Of a stretch of 64,000 nt of DNA, positions 10,471-20,100 are shown in pieces. The notes beneath the pieces were generated by a model. The model had not been told where the DNA came from, searched no databases, and saw only the letters and a program-made list of their open reading frames with translations. The translations under genes were made by a program, and so were the position numbers. Each line of letters starts with the position of its first letter. Position 1 is the first letter of the stretch. The stretch is from an uncultured Actinomycetes bacterium (lineage in GTDB: Bacteria > Actinomycetota > Thermoleophilia > UBA2241), in contig CAVWIH010000024.1 of NCBI GenBank assembly GCA_963755025.1, forward strand, positions 8,744 to 72,743, in the 5' to 3' direction.

Positions 10471-10770
10471 CTACCGATCGACCTCTGAGCGCTCTGGCAA
10501 GGCCGCGGCAGGTCGAGTGGCGGAAGACTGCGCCGCTGCAGGCGGCGCGCCGACAAGCTGCGCGCCGGCACGCGGCGCGGCGGCAAGCTGCGCGCCGACA
10601 AGCGGCGCGGCGCCAGACGGTGCGGCGGCATCGATCGGCAGTGACGGCAGTTCATCGTGGTTGCCGGGCAGCAACTCGACCAGCACCACGGCCGACACCA
10701 CAAAGGCAATCGCCACGACGACCATCATCAGCCAGACCATGGGGTCGAGCTGCGACAGCAGGTGGACCAT
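10471..10770 (-). CDS. Small membrane protein (hypothetical)
   Basis: ATG 10770 is preceded by GGAGGGA. One clear TM helix (MVWLMMVVVAIAFVVSAVVLV) is followed by an Ala/Pro-rich tail built from short DNA repeats. Confidence 0.4.
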   Translation of the reverse strand: MVHLLSQLDPMVWLMMVVVAIAFVVSAVVLVELLPGNHDELPSLPIDAAAPSGAAPLVGAQLAAAPRAGAQLVGAPPAAAQSSATRPAAALPERSEVDR

Positions 10771-11265
10771 GGGGTGTCCCTCCAGACGGCGTTTTCCCGG
10801 TGTCATCCTTCCCGTCGGGGCCGAGTCGTAACGAGAAGGTCGACCAGGGGGGCGGACGGTGCGGCACGACGCCTGGCGCGGCGCGTCACGCGCGTGGCAC
10901 ACCGCCGCATCGGCGCTGCAGGCACAGAGAGTTGTGTTGCATCGCCGGTCGTCGTAACATGCGCGCACACCGTCTCCACGTCGGATTCGGCACACCACGT
11001 CACTGTCGTTGTTCAGACGTTCCGGGGGAGAGACCGATGTCTGGCGCAGTACGGTCGCTCAGAGCCAATCGCCGCAGGGCCCGCGGGCCGGGCGTCCCTC
11101 CCTACGTCCTCACGCAAGACAGCACGAGCTTCGACTCCCACGCTCCCTGACGGCCCACCGGCCGCCGACTGACACTCGGTCGCCGTCACCGTCACATCCG
11201 TTTTCTCTTTCGCGGCGCCGCCCCACCGGGCGCGTCGTCCTAGACGAATCCTTAGGAGACATGAC

Positions 11266-11932
11266 ATGGGAGACAAGCTGACGCTACGGATGCTCTCCTC
11301 CGACGAGGTCGGCAAAGTGCGCGAGCAGTGCCTGCACCTGCTGTCCGAGATGGGCATGAAGATCGACCACGAAGCCGTCCTGCGCATACTCGCCGACGCC
11401 GGCGCGCAGGTCGACTTCGAGACCAGGGTCGTGCGCTTCCCGGCCGCCCTGGTCGAGTCGGCCATAAAGACGGTCCCCGGCGAGCTCACGGTCAAGGGCG
11501 CCGAGGAGCGTCACGACTGCAAGATCCCGCACCCCGACGGCCTGTTCTACTCCTGCACGAACATCCAGAGCATGCTGCACCACGACCCCGACACCGGGCG
11601 CTTCGTCGACAACACGGCCCAGAAGTACGCCGAGTGGTGTCAGGTCGTCGAGCTCCTCGACCACGCCGACATCTGCGCCATTCAGACGCCCATGGACGTG
11701 CCGGCCGAGAGCGCCGAGGTGCACGCCCTCGCCATCCAGATGCAGAACACGACCAAGCCGCTCTGGATGCACGCCTTCAGCCGCGAGGCCGTACCCTTCA
11801 TGTTCGAGCTCATGGTCGCCCGCGTGGGCAGCGTCGAGGCCCTGCGCGAGCGCAGCCTCGTCATCATCAACCCCGGCACCGTCTCGCCGTTCATCATCAA
11901 GGAGATGGACGCCGAGGAGATCACGGTCGGCA
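11266..11932 (+). pseudogene. MttB-superfamily methyltransferase, N-terminal fragment only (paralogue 6)
   Basis: ATG 11266 follows TTAGGAGAC. About 222 aa match the N-terminal half of the other paralogues (..TTKPLWMH..VSPFIIKEMDAEEI). Homology stops near 11932, where the antisense of a permease begins. Confidence 0.7.
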
Positions 11933-12482
11933 GCAGCGAGTTGCGCAGCACGTGGGTGAAGAGCACGCGCCGCGGCGACAGGCCGTTCAGGTTGGCGGTG
12001 CGCACGTAGTCCATCTGCAGCACGTCGACGGTGCTCGATCGCGTCATGCGTACCACGTAGGCCAGGCTGGTGAGCGCCACGGTAATCGCCGGCAGCACGA
12101 GGTAAGGGAACGCCTGCGTGAAGCTCGAGTGCGGGTCGATCGCCGAGCTCGCCGGGAACCAGTGCAGTTTCACGGCGAAGATCGAGATGAGGATGACGCC
12201 GCTCACGAACTCGGGCAGACCGATGAAGGCCAGCGAGCCTATGGAGATCGTCTGGTCGAGCCAGGTGTTTCGTCGCAGGGCGGCGATCATGCCCAGGAAG
12301 ATGCCCAGCGGCACGTAGAAGGCAAAAGCCACCAGGGCGAGCATGAGGGAGTTGCGCAGCCGCTCGAGGATCACGCCGCGCACCGGCTCGTTCATGCTGA
12401 CCGAGGTGCCCCAGTCGCCGCGGATGTAGCTCGAGACCCAGCGCTCGTACTGCGTGGGGATGGGCTTGTCGAGGCCGGCATA
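11933..12482 (-). pseudogene. Opp/Dpp-type ABC permease, internal fragment in inverted orientation
   Basis: The minus strand reads GLDKPIPTQYERWVSSYIRGDWGTSVSMNEPVRGVILERL...YVRTANLNGLSPRRVLFTHVLRNSLLPTV. It lacks roughly the first 50 aa and the C-terminus. Confidence 0.7.
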
Positions 12483-12686
12483 GGCTGGCTCATCGGCGGC
12501 CTCATCATCACCGAGTCGGTCTACTCGTACCCGGGCATCGGCCGGCTGCTGCTCTTCGCCATCACCAACCGCGACCTCAAGCTGGTGCAGGCCACGGCGT
12601 TGCTGATCGTCATCATCTACGTGGTCGCCAACTTCGTCGCCGACATCATCTACGCGCTGCTGAACCCGCGCATCAGGTACCAGTAG
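12483..12686 (+). pseudogene. Opp/Dpp-type ABC permease, C-terminal fragment
   Basis: The plus strand reads AGIGWLIGGLIITESVYSYPGIGRLLLFAITNRDLKLVQATALLIVIIYVVANFVADIIYALLNPRIRYQ*. This is exactly the continuation expected after ..LLPTV on the opposite strand. Confidence 0.7.
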
Positions 12687-12762
12687 GGATCAGTAGGGCG
12701 ATGCCGGCGCGGCGTCGCCGCGCGGCCGGGACGCGCGGTCGCCGCGCGGCCGGGGACGCGCG
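12681..12762. repeat. Tandem duplications at and after the permease stop codon
   Basis: cagtagggat/cagtagggcg is a 10-bp duplication that includes the TAG. It is followed by gtcgccgcgcggccggg(g)acgcgcg x2 (24/25 bp). Confidence 0.8.
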
Positions 12763-12825
12763 GCGACGCGCGCTGTTGCGCGACGGCTATGATGTCGGGG
12801 TCGCCGTCGTCGCAAGGAGGGATTC

Positions 12826-14211
12826 GTGCTCAAGCACCCCCGCAACCCGAGGCGCGTGCAGCGTGACCTCGAGGTGCCGCCCATCTTCACCGCCGAGCTT
12901 TCGCGCGTGCCGCGCGACGAGCTGCCGGCGCGCGGCATGCCGCCCGACGCCGCCTACCAGATCATCCACGACGAGCTCATGCTCGACGGCAACGCCCGCC
13001 TGAACCTGGCGACCTTCGTGACGACCTGGATGGAGCCCCAGGCCGACAAGCTCATGGCTGAGACCTTCGACAAGAACATGATCGACAAAGACGAGTACCC
13101 GCAGACCGCCGAGCTCGAGCTGCGCTGCGTGAACATGCTCTCGCGCCTCTGGCACGCGCCGGCCGCCGACGAGGCCGTGGGCTGCTCGACCACTGGTTCG
13201 AGCGAGGCCTGCATGCTCGGCGGCCTCGCCCTCAAGCGCCGCTGGCAGAAGCGGCGGCGGGCAGCGGGCCTGCCCGCCGATCGCCCCAACATGGTGATGG
13301 GCGTCAACGCCCAGATCTGCTGGGACAAGTTCATGAACTACTGGGACGTCGAACCCCGCCTGGTGCCCATGGAGGGCGACCGCTACCACCTGGCGGCCGA
13401 CGAGGCCGTCGCCCTGTGCGACGAGAACACGATCGGCATGGTCGTCATCATGGGCTCGACCTACGACGGCAGCTACGAGCCGGTGGCCGACACCTGCCGG
13501 CTGCTCGACGAGCTCCAGGCGCGCACCGGCATCGACGTGCCGGTGCACGTCGACGGCGCCTCGGGGGCGATGGTCGCGCCCTTCATCGACCCCGACCTGC
13601 AGTGGGACTTCGCCCTGCCGCGCGTGGCCTCGATCAGCACCTCGGGACACAAGTACGGCCTGGTCTACCCCGGCGTGGGCTGGGTGGTGTGGCGCGACGC
13701 GCAGGCGCTGCCCGAGGAGCTCATCTTCTGGGTGAACTACCTGGGCGACGACATGCCGACCTTCGCCCTGAACTTCTCGCGGCCGGGCTCGCAGATCGTC
13801 ACCCAGTACTACAACTTCCTGCGCCTGGGCTTCGACGGCTACGCCAGGGTGCAGGGCTACTCGCGCGACGTCGCCCTCTACCTGTCCGACAAGATCGCCG
13901 GCCTGGGGCCGTTCGAGCTGCTCACCCGCGGCGACGAGCTGCCCGTCTTTGCCTTCACGCTGGCGGCCGACGTGAAGAACTTCAGCGTCTTCGACGTGGC
14001 CGACTGCCTGCGCGAGCGCGGCTGGCTCGTACCGGCCTACACGTTCCCCAAGAACCGCACCGACCTGGCGGCGCTGCGCATCGTCGTGCGCCGCGGCTTC
14101 ACGCACGACGTCGCCGACCTGCTGCTGGCCGACTTCGCCCGTCAGCTGCCACGCCTCGCCAGGCAGACGGCGCCGGCCAACGAGGGCTCTGCGTCATCCT
14201 TCCATCACTAG
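12826..14211 (+). CDS. gadB: Glutamate decarboxylase (PLP-dependent)
   Basis: GTG 12826 follows GGAGG. Contains NLATFVTTWMEP, DKDEYPQTAELE and STSGHKYGLVYPGVGWVVWR (PLP lysine). Confidence 0.9.
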   Translation: MLKHPRNPRRVQRDLEVPPIFTAELSRVPRDELPARGMPPDAAYQIIHDELMLDGNARLNLATFVTTWMEPQADKLMAETFDKNMIDKDEYPQTAELELRCVNMLSRLWHAPAADEAVGCSTTGSSEACMLGGLALKRRWQKRRRAAGLPADRPNMVMGVNAQICWDKFMNYWDVEPRLVPMEGDRYHLAADEAVALCDENTIGMVVIMGSTYDGSYEPVADTCRLLDELQARTGIDVPVHVDGASGAMVAPFIDPDLQWDFALPRVASISTSGHKYGLVYPGVGWVVWRDAQALPEELIFWVNYLGDDMPTFALNFSRPGSQIVTQYYNFLRLGFDGYARVQGYSRDVALYLSDKIAGLGPFELLTRGDELPVFAFTLAADVKNFSVFDVADCLRERGWLVPAYTFPKNRTDLAALRIVVRRGFTHDVADLLLADFARQLPRLARQTAPANEGSASSFHH

Positions 14212-14324
14212 ACGCACCACGAAGTCATGCCTGTCTGAGCGGTGCCGACGAAGTCGGGCGACGGCCTAGACGCACCACGAAGTCATGCCTGTCTGAGCGG
14301 CGCCGACGAAGTCGCGCGACGGCC
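14209..14324. repeat. 58-bp tandem duplication (2 copies) beginning with the gad stop codon
   Basis: tagacgcaccacgaagtcatgcctgtctgagcgg.gccgacgaagtcg.gcgacggcc occurs at 14209 and 14267 with 2 mismatches. Confidence 0.9.
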
Positions 14325-14330
14325 CGGGCT

Positions 14331-15710
14331 CTACCTCAGGCAGAACTCGTCGAGCTGACGGCGCGTGACGTCGTCCAGGTCGTCGGGCGGCTCGTGGGCG
14401 GCGAGGCGGCGCTCCACCTCGGCGCGCGCCGCGGCGCGCACGTCGCCGTCGCCCAGGGCGCGCCAGCGCTCGGCGCTCTCGCGCACCAGGAACGTGGCGC
14501 GGTCGAGGTCACGGCCGTGGCGGCGCGTGTGCCCTTGACCCAGGTAGTCCCCGCCGGGGCCGACCGCGGCGATCACGTCGGTCGCCAGCGCCTCGGCGTC
14601 GGCGGCCGTCGGGGCGGCGGCGAGGCGCAGGGCGCAGATGAGCTCGTCGTCGAGCACGTACTTCTCGAGCGACAGCACGTTGAACGAGCTCAGGATGCCG
14701 GCGGCCTGAAAGAGAAAGTCGCCGCCGGCGTCGGCCGAGGCCGACAGTCCCATGGTCGACTCGAGCAGCGCCTGGGCGTCGGGCACGTGCGAGTCGGTGA
14801 CGGCTCCGCCCGCGCGCACCGGCAGTCCGGCGTGGTGGGCGAGGCTCACCGTCGCATTCGCCATCAGGGCGAACTCCGGTGTGCCGAAGTGGGCGGCGCC
14901 GGTGCGCATGCTCGACATCGTCGAGACGGCGCCGTAGATGAACGGCGAGCCCTCGCGCGCGGCCTGCCCCAGCACCAGCGCGGCGAGCACCTCGGCGTGC
15001 TGCACGGTCAGCGTGCCGGCCGGCGTCGCCGGGCCGGTCGCGCCGCCCATCACGCAGGCGGTCACGCAGGCGGGCTGACCGAGAGCGGCCCAGCGCCGCA
15101 GGATGCGCGCGGTCTCCACCGACAGCAGCAGCGGAGAGTTGGTGTTGAGCACGATCAGCGCGCGCGGAGTGTCGGCCCACTGCGCGCCGTAGAGGATCTC
15201 GTTCATGGCGATCGCCTCGTCGACGTCGGGCTCGAGCGACGCGGTCCACTCCATCGATTTGTCGCTCAGCGTGAGGCGAGCGTGGTCGGAGCGCCGCGTG
15301 CGCTGCTCCTCGGGCAGGTCGAGCGGCTCGATGCAGTCGCTGTTGAAGTCGAGGCCCGGCGACAGATGGCCGAGCTTGACCGTCGCCTGCGCGTCGGCCA
15401 GGGTGCCGGGTCGCACCACGGCGCCGTCGAGTACGTAGGCTGGCCCCGAGCCGCTGCCGAACACCGGCTGACCATCGCCGAAGCGCAGGTCGCGCCCCGG
15501 GTTACGCCCGGTCAGGGTGAATGCCCTCGGTGTACCGGAGAGGGCGCGCTCGACGACCTCGCGCTCGATGAACACGCGGCGACCGTCGGCACGGGCTCCC
15601 ACCGTCTTGAGCAGCGCGACGGAGTCGTCGTCCATGACGACCACGCCGGTCTGGGCCAGCACCCGCAGGGCGGCCTCGTGGATGGCGACGATGTCGGCGG
15701 GCGCGAACAT
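14331..15710 (-). CDS. MttB-superfamily methyltransferase, divergent paralogue 2
   Basis: MFAPADIVAIHEAALRVLAQTGV...GPGGDYLG. It is collinear with the other paralogues but the most divergent. The upstream part of ORF 14331..16463 is not coding-like. Confidence 0.75.
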   Translation of the reverse strand: MFAPADIVAIHEAALRVLAQTGVVVMDDDSVALLKTVGARADGRRVFIEREVVERALSGTPRAFTLTGRNPGRDLRFGDGQPVFGSGSGPAYVLDGAVVRPGTLADAQATVKLGHLSPGLDFNSDCIEPLDLPEEQRTRRSDHARLTLSDKSMEWTASLEPDVDEAIAMNEILYGAQWADTPRALIVLNTNSPLLLSVETARILRRWAALGQPACVTACVMGGATGPATPAGTLTVQHAEVLAALVLGQAAREGSPFIYGAVSTMSSMRTGAAHFGTPEFALMANATVSLAHHAGLPVRAGGAVTDSHVPDAQALLESTMGLSASADAGGDFLFQAAGILSSFNVLSLEKYVLDDELICALRLAAAPTAADAEALATDVIAAVGPGGDYLGQGHTRRHGRDLDRATFLVRESAERWRALGDGDVRAAARAEVERRLAAHEPPDDLDDVTRRQLDEFCLR

Positions 15711-15730
15711 CAGCGGCTGCGCGCGGCGAA

Positions 15731-15820
15731 GGCCGGCGACCGAGGGGCTCGCGAGATGGGGACCGGCGGCCACAGGGCTCGCGGGGCGAGGGCCGGTGAC
15801 CAAGGGGCTCGCGCGCGCGA
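15731..15820. repeat. Imperfect 30-bp tandem repeat x3 just upstream of the mttB paralogue 2 start
   Basis: Units start at 15731, 15761 and 15791 and share ggccgg.gacc..ggggctcgcg. Confidence 0.7.
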
Positions 15821-16121
15821 GGGCGGTCTGAGCGTCGATCTGTCTCCCACTGTGCCGTCTCCTTGGTCGTGCCGTCAGATGCGTCGTGCGCGCCGCACAC
15901 GCCGCAGCTCGTAGCATAGGCAATCGCGCGGCGCGTTGCTTCCGCACCGGCGCCTCCCCACGTGCCGCGCTCACGCGACCTGTGCGATCCCCGCGTGCGC
16001 GCTCACGCGCCTGTGCGATCTCCACGCGCCGCGCTTTCCGGCCGCTCGGCGCGGTTTGGGCGACCGGCGAAACCGTGCAGAACCAAACCGACACCCGGCC
16101 ACGACGAAATGAGGACCCCAG

Positions 16122-16637
16122 ATGCTCGACCAGCGCATGCAGGACGCCCTGAACAAGCAGATCAACGCCGAGATCTACTCGGCCTATCTGTACCTCTCGA
16201 TGTCGTCGCAGTTCGCCGAGCTGGGCATGGCGGGCGGCCAGAACTGGATGCACATCCAGTTCCAGGAGGAGCTCTTCCACGTGCAGAAGTTCTTCGACTA
16301 CGTCGTCGAGCGCGGCGGCCGGGTGCTGCTGACGGCCATCGACCAGCCCGACCAGGAATGGCCCACGGCGCTCGCCATCTTCGAGCAGGCCCTCGCCCAC
16401 GAGCAGAAGGTCACCGCCCTCATCAACGGCCTCGCCGACTTGGCCGTGGAGCTGCGCGACCACGCCACCCTGCAGGAGCTGCAGTGGTTCATCGGCGAGC
16501 AGGTCGAAGAAGAGGCCACCGCCGGCGACATGGTCAAGAAGCTGCGGCTCATGGAAGGCGCCCCCGGCGCGCTCTACGAGATCGACAAAGAGCTCGCCAC
16601 CCGCGTGTACACGGCGCCGGCGATCGCCGCTACGTAA
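16122..16637 (+). CDS. ftn: Ferritin (non-haem, bacterial)
   Basis: ATG follows GAGGA. Contains LNKQINAEIYSAYLYLSMS..QEELFHVQKFFDY..ALAHEQKVT. Confidence 0.85.
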   Translation: MLDQRMQDALNKQINAEIYSAYLYLSMSSQFAELGMAGGQNWMHIQFQEELFHVQKFFDYVVERGGRVLLTAIDQPDQEWPTALAIFEQALAHEQKVTALINGLADLAVELRDHATLQELQWFIGEQVEEEATAGDMVKKLRLMEGAPGALYEIDKELATRVYTAPAIAAT

Positions 16638-16648
16638 GAGCGGGCGCG

Positions 16649-17314
16649 GTGGCCCACCCGGCGACAGCGACGCTGCGGCTGCACTTCGCGCGCCACGGCG
16701 AGACCGTGTCGAGCACCGAGGGCCGCTTCTGCGGGGTGACCGAGTGCGCGCTCACCGCCGACGGCCGCCTCATGGCCGAGCTGCTCGCAGAGCGCTGCGC
16801 GGCCGGCGGTCAGTGGCGCGCGGTCGTGGCGAGCCCCCTGGAGCGCTGCCTCGCGACGGCGCGGCCCGCGGCCGAGCGGCTCGGCTTGCCGGTCGACGTC
16901 GAAGCGGGGCTGCGCGAGATCGACCACGGCGTCTGGGAAGACCGCCCCGCGGCCGAGATCGTCGCGAGCGACGCGGCCGCCTTCGCCGCCTGGCGCGAGC
17001 ACCCCGGCCTGCGCGGCGCGCCGGGCGGCGAGACGGGCTACGCCGTCGCCGCCCGGGCCGTGCCGGTCGTCGAGGCGCTGCGCAGCGCTTACGGCGACGG
17101 CGACGTGCTCGTGGTCAGCCACAAGGCGACGATCCGCATTCTCGTCTGCGTGCTGCTCGGCGTCGACGTCGACCGCTACCGCGACCGGGTGGCGTGCCCG
17201 GTCGGCTCGGTCACGACCTTCGCCTTCACCGCTGGCGACGATCCCCTGCTGCTGGCGCTGGGCGACGTCTCGCACCTGCCGGCGCGCCTGCGCTCGGCCG
17301 GCGACGGCACCTAG
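16649..17314 (+). CDS. Histidine phosphatase family protein (phosphoglycerate-mutase-like)
   Basis: Contains LHFARHGET, SPLERCLATA and VSHKATIRIL. GTG start 16649 is inferred. Confidence 0.75.
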   Translation: MAHPATATLRLHFARHGETVSSTEGRFCGVTECALTADGRLMAELLAERCAAGGQWRAVVASPLERCLATARPAAERLGLPVDVEAGLREIDHGVWEDRPAAEIVASDAAAFAAWREHPGLRGAPGGETGYAVAARAVPVVEALRSAYGDGDVLVVSHKATIRILVCVLLGVDVDRYRDRVACPVGSVTTFAFTAGDDPLLLALGDVSHLPARLRSAGDGT

Positions 17315-17348
17315 GACGGGCCGGCGCTATGCTCGCATCCGCGCCGCC

Positions 17349-17477
17349 GCGCCGCGCCGCGCCACCTCGTCCGCGCGCCGCGCCGCGCCACCTCGTCCGC
17401 GCGCCGCGCCGCGCCACCTCGTCCGCGCGCCGCGCCGCGCCACCTCGTCCGCGCGCCGCGCCGCGCACCTCTGCCCG
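17349..17477. repeat. 26-bp tandem repeat, 4 perfect copies plus 1 degenerate copy
   Basis: gcgccgcgccgcgccacctcgtccgc occurs at 17349, 17375, 17401 and 17427. A degenerate fifth copy ends at the OsmC stop codon (17478). Confidence 0.95.
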
Positions 17478-17924
17478 TCAGCCCTGTTCGAGGGTGGCGG
17501 TCACGGTGACGTCGACGTTGCCGGCGAGGGCCTGCGACACGGGACAGCCGTCGCGGGCGGCGTCGGCGGCCGCGGCAAAGCCCGACTGGTCGAGGCCCGG
17601 CACGACGCCCTTCACTTCAAGGCGCGAGCTCTCGACGCGAAAGCCGGCGGCGCTCTGGGCGAAGGTGACGGTGGCCGTCACCTCGAGGCTCTCGGGCGGC
17701 GTGCCGGCGTCGGTCAGGCCTCCCGAGAAGGCCATCGCAAAACACGAGGCGTGGGCGCCGGCGATGAGCTCCTCGGGGCTGGTCTTGCCCTCTGAGCGAG
17801 CAGTGCGCGAGGCCCAGGTGACCGCCATCTCGGGTGCGGCGCCGCTTGTCAATCGCAAGCGCCCTTCGCCGGCGGCGAGCGTGCCGCTCCAGCTGACCTG
17901 AGCGCGGCGTTCGGCAGAGATCAT
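17478..17924 (-). CDS. OsmC/Ohr family peroxiredoxin
   Basis: Contains ELIAGAHASCFAMAF and DGCPVSQAL. Confidence 0.85.
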   Translation of the reverse strand: MISAERRAQVSWSGTLAAGEGRLRLTSGAAPEMAVTWASRTARSEGKTSPEELIAGAHASCFAMAFSGGLTDAGTPPESLEVTATVTFAQSAAGFRVESSRLEVKGVVPGLDQSGFAAAADAARDGCPVSQALAGNVDVTVTATLEQG

Positions 17925-18047
17925 GGTTCCTCCTCGAAGGGTGGTCGACGTACGTCGGTGTCCCTACCTACCCTAAAAGGCGCGTCACCTATGCGGCGGC
18001 CGTCTCGGGCGCGCCACCCCTGCGGCGGCTGTTCCGGGAACGGCACG

Positions 18048-18677
18048 TCACCTGGTCGGCTGCCGCCCGGCGAGCGCGAGGCGGCGGTCCCAGGCGGCGA
18101 CCACCTCGGGGGCGTAGCGCGTGAGCCGGTCGCCGATGACCGCGCTGTGCACGGTGCGCTCGGGCTGCAGGTGCACCACCTCACCGCCGGCGTAGACCAC
18201 GAAGTCGGCCACCATGGAGCGGTGGCAGCGCCACCAGAGCGCCTCGGCGCAGAGGATGGCCAGGTCGCCGCGGCCGCCGGCGAGCAGCAGCTCGCCGGCC
18301 GCCGTCAGGAACTCGTCGCTCGCCATGTGCCACATGTAGTTCTCGAAGCCCTCGGAGCGCCAGCGCGGCTGCGGTTCGGCCGGCGCGGCGAACAGGGTCA
18401 GCGGCGCGGCGTCGGGCGGCGCTGCGTCGGGCGGCGCTGCGACGGGGGCGGGCGGCGCGGGGCGCGCATGCGCCCCGCGCCGCCCGCCCAGCTCGCGCAC
18501 CCAGCGGTAGCTCACGCCGGCGCCCGCGAGGCGCTCCTGGAGCGCCTCGCGGGCAAACCAGGGCCAGTGCGACGTGGGGTAGGAGCGTATGTCCCACACC
18601 GCCGCGACCGGCGCCGCGGCGAGCAGCGCCTCGAACTCCTCGGGGGCAAGCGAGGAGTGTCCGACGCTGAAGATCAC
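18048..18677 (-). CDS. DUF488 family protein
   Basis: GTG 18677 follows AAGGGG. Contains IFSVGHSSLAPEEFEALL..VWDIRSYP..ILCAEALWWRCHR. An internal 15-bp duplication gives PPDAAPPDAAP. Confidence 0.7.
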   Translation of the reverse strand: MIFSVGHSSLAPEEFEALLAAAPVAAVWDIRSYPTSHWPWFAREALQERLAGAGVSYRWVRELGGRRGAHARPAPPAPVAAPPDAAPPDAAPLTLFAAPAEPQPRWRSEGFENYMWHMASDEFLTAAGELLLAGGRGDLAILCAEALWWRCHRSMVADFVVYAGGEVVHLQPERTVHSAVIGDRLTRYAPEVVAAWDRRLALAGRQPTR

Positions 18678-18728
18678 GGCGTCGCCCCTTGGCTCGCCGA
18701 GGGCGAAACACGATAGAGTAGCGCCATC

Positions 18729-19850
18729 ATGCGTCTCGATCCCTTTCAGCTCGAACGCTACTTCGGCCAGTATGAGTTCTCGGTGCCCTTCCCGCTGGCC
18801 GCTTCCGACTGCGACGGTTTGCCCCTGAGCGAGGTGCTCGAGCTCGCCGACGCACCCACTCGCGAGCTCTGGGACGCCCTGCAGCTGGGCTACACCGAGA
18901 CGCAGGGCCACCCGCTGCTGCGCCGGGCGATCGCCGACATGTACGAGGGCTGCGAGCCCGACCAGGTGCTGGTGGCCGCCCCCGAAGAGCTCATCTTCAT
19001 CGCCGCGAACTGCCTCGTGCGCAACGGCGACCACGTCGTCTGCACCTTCCCCGGCTATCAGTCGCTGTATTCGGTGGCCGAGGCGCTGCACGCCGAAGTC
19101 GGCCATTGGGAGCCCGACGAAGCCCAGGGCTGGTACTTCGACCCCGACCGCCTGGCCGCGCTCATCCGGCCCAGCACGCGCCTCATCGTGCTCAACTTTC
19201 CCCACAACCCGACCGGCGCGCTGCCCAGCGCCGCCGACTACGACCGCATCCTCGAGATCGCCGAGCACTATGGCATCGCCGTCTTCTCCGACGAGATGTA
19301 CCGGCTGCTCGAGCTCGACCAGGCCGATCGCCTGCCGTCGGCGGTCGAACGCTACGACAAGGCGGTCACGCTGTCGGGCGTCTCCAAGACCCTGGGGCTG
19401 GCCGGCCTGCGCATAGGCTGGCTCATAGTGCGCGACCCGTCGCTCATGCGCCGCCTGATCGCCCTCAAGGACTACACCACGATCTGTAGCAGCGCCCCCA
19501 GCGAGATCCTGGCGATAGCCGGGCTGGGCGCGCGCGACGAGATCGTCGACCGTCACCGGCGGCGCATGACGCGCAACCTCGGCCTGCTCACCGGGTTCAT
19601 GGCCAAGTACGAGCCGCTGTTCTCGTGGACGCCGCCTCGCGGCGGCACGGTCTGCTTTCCGCGCTTCAAGCCCGACTCGATCGGCACCACCGAGTTCTGC
19701 CGGCTGGTGCGCGAAGAGGCCGACGTCATGCTGGCGCCGTCGGCGGTCTTCGACTACGGCGAGCGCCACCTGCGCATCGGCGTCGGGCGCGAGAACTTTC
19801 CCGAAGGGCTCCTGCGCCTGAGCACGTTCCTCACCAGCAGGCGCACGTAG
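18729..19850 (+). CDS. Class I/II PLP-dependent aminotransferase
   Basis: Contains NFPHNPTG and SGVSKTLGLAGLRIGW. Confidence 0.8.
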   Translation: MRLDPFQLERYFGQYEFSVPFPLAASDCDGLPLSEVLELADAPTRELWDALQLGYTETQGHPLLRRAIADMYEGCEPDQVLVAAPEELIFIAANCLVRNGDHVVCTFPGYQSLYSVAEALHAEVGHWEPDEAQGWYFDPDRLAALIRPSTRLIVLNFPHNPTGALPSAADYDRILEIAEHYGIAVFSDEMYRLLELDQADRLPSAVERYDKAVTLSGVSKTLGLAGLRIGWLIVRDPSLMRRLIALKDYTTICSSAPSEILAIAGLGARDEIVDRHRRRMTRNLGLLTGFMAKYEPLFSWTPPRGGTVCFPRFKPDSIGTTEFCRLVREEADVMLAPSAVFDYGERHLRIGVGRENFPEGLLRLSTFLTSRRT

Positions 19851-20000
19851 GAGCAGCGGCCCGTGGGCGCCCGCTGCGGGCGCTCAGCCGACAGTCGCGA
19901 CCGGATGGCCGTCGGGCCCGGTCGCGGCCCTCAGCGCTCACCGGCCCGGGCGCGGCTCAACGGCCACCCGGCCCGTCAGCGGCCACCCGGCTCGGCCGCG

Positions 20001-20100
20001 GCCCTCAGCGGCTCCTGCGACCATTCGGCCTCGTCGGTCGCCCTCAGCGGCTCCTGCGACCCTTCGGCCTCGTCGGTCGCGCTCAGCGGCTGTCGCGCAG
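20001..20100. repeat. 39-bp tandem repeat (2 copies plus a partial copy) running into the 3' end and stop of the GNAT gene
   Basis: gccctcagcggctcctgcgacc.ttcggcctcgtcggtc occurs at 20001 and 20040. A third partial copy at 20079 contains the GNAT stop (20083-85). A 19-bp duplication lies at 19961/19980. Confidence 0.9.

Noticed and set aside
13416-15914. 832-aa plus-strand ORF, and the 439-aa minus ORF 12787..14106
   Set aside because: They overlap the clearly real gad (plus) and mttB paralogue 2 (minus) genes in other frames or on the other strand. They are low-complexity Arg/Ala/Gly sequence with no motifs.
18678-19769. Upstream 364 aa of the 573-aa minus ORF 18048..19769
   Set aside because: It is antisense to the well-supported aminotransferase gene. 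DUF488 homology starts only at ..IFSVGHS (GTG 18677).
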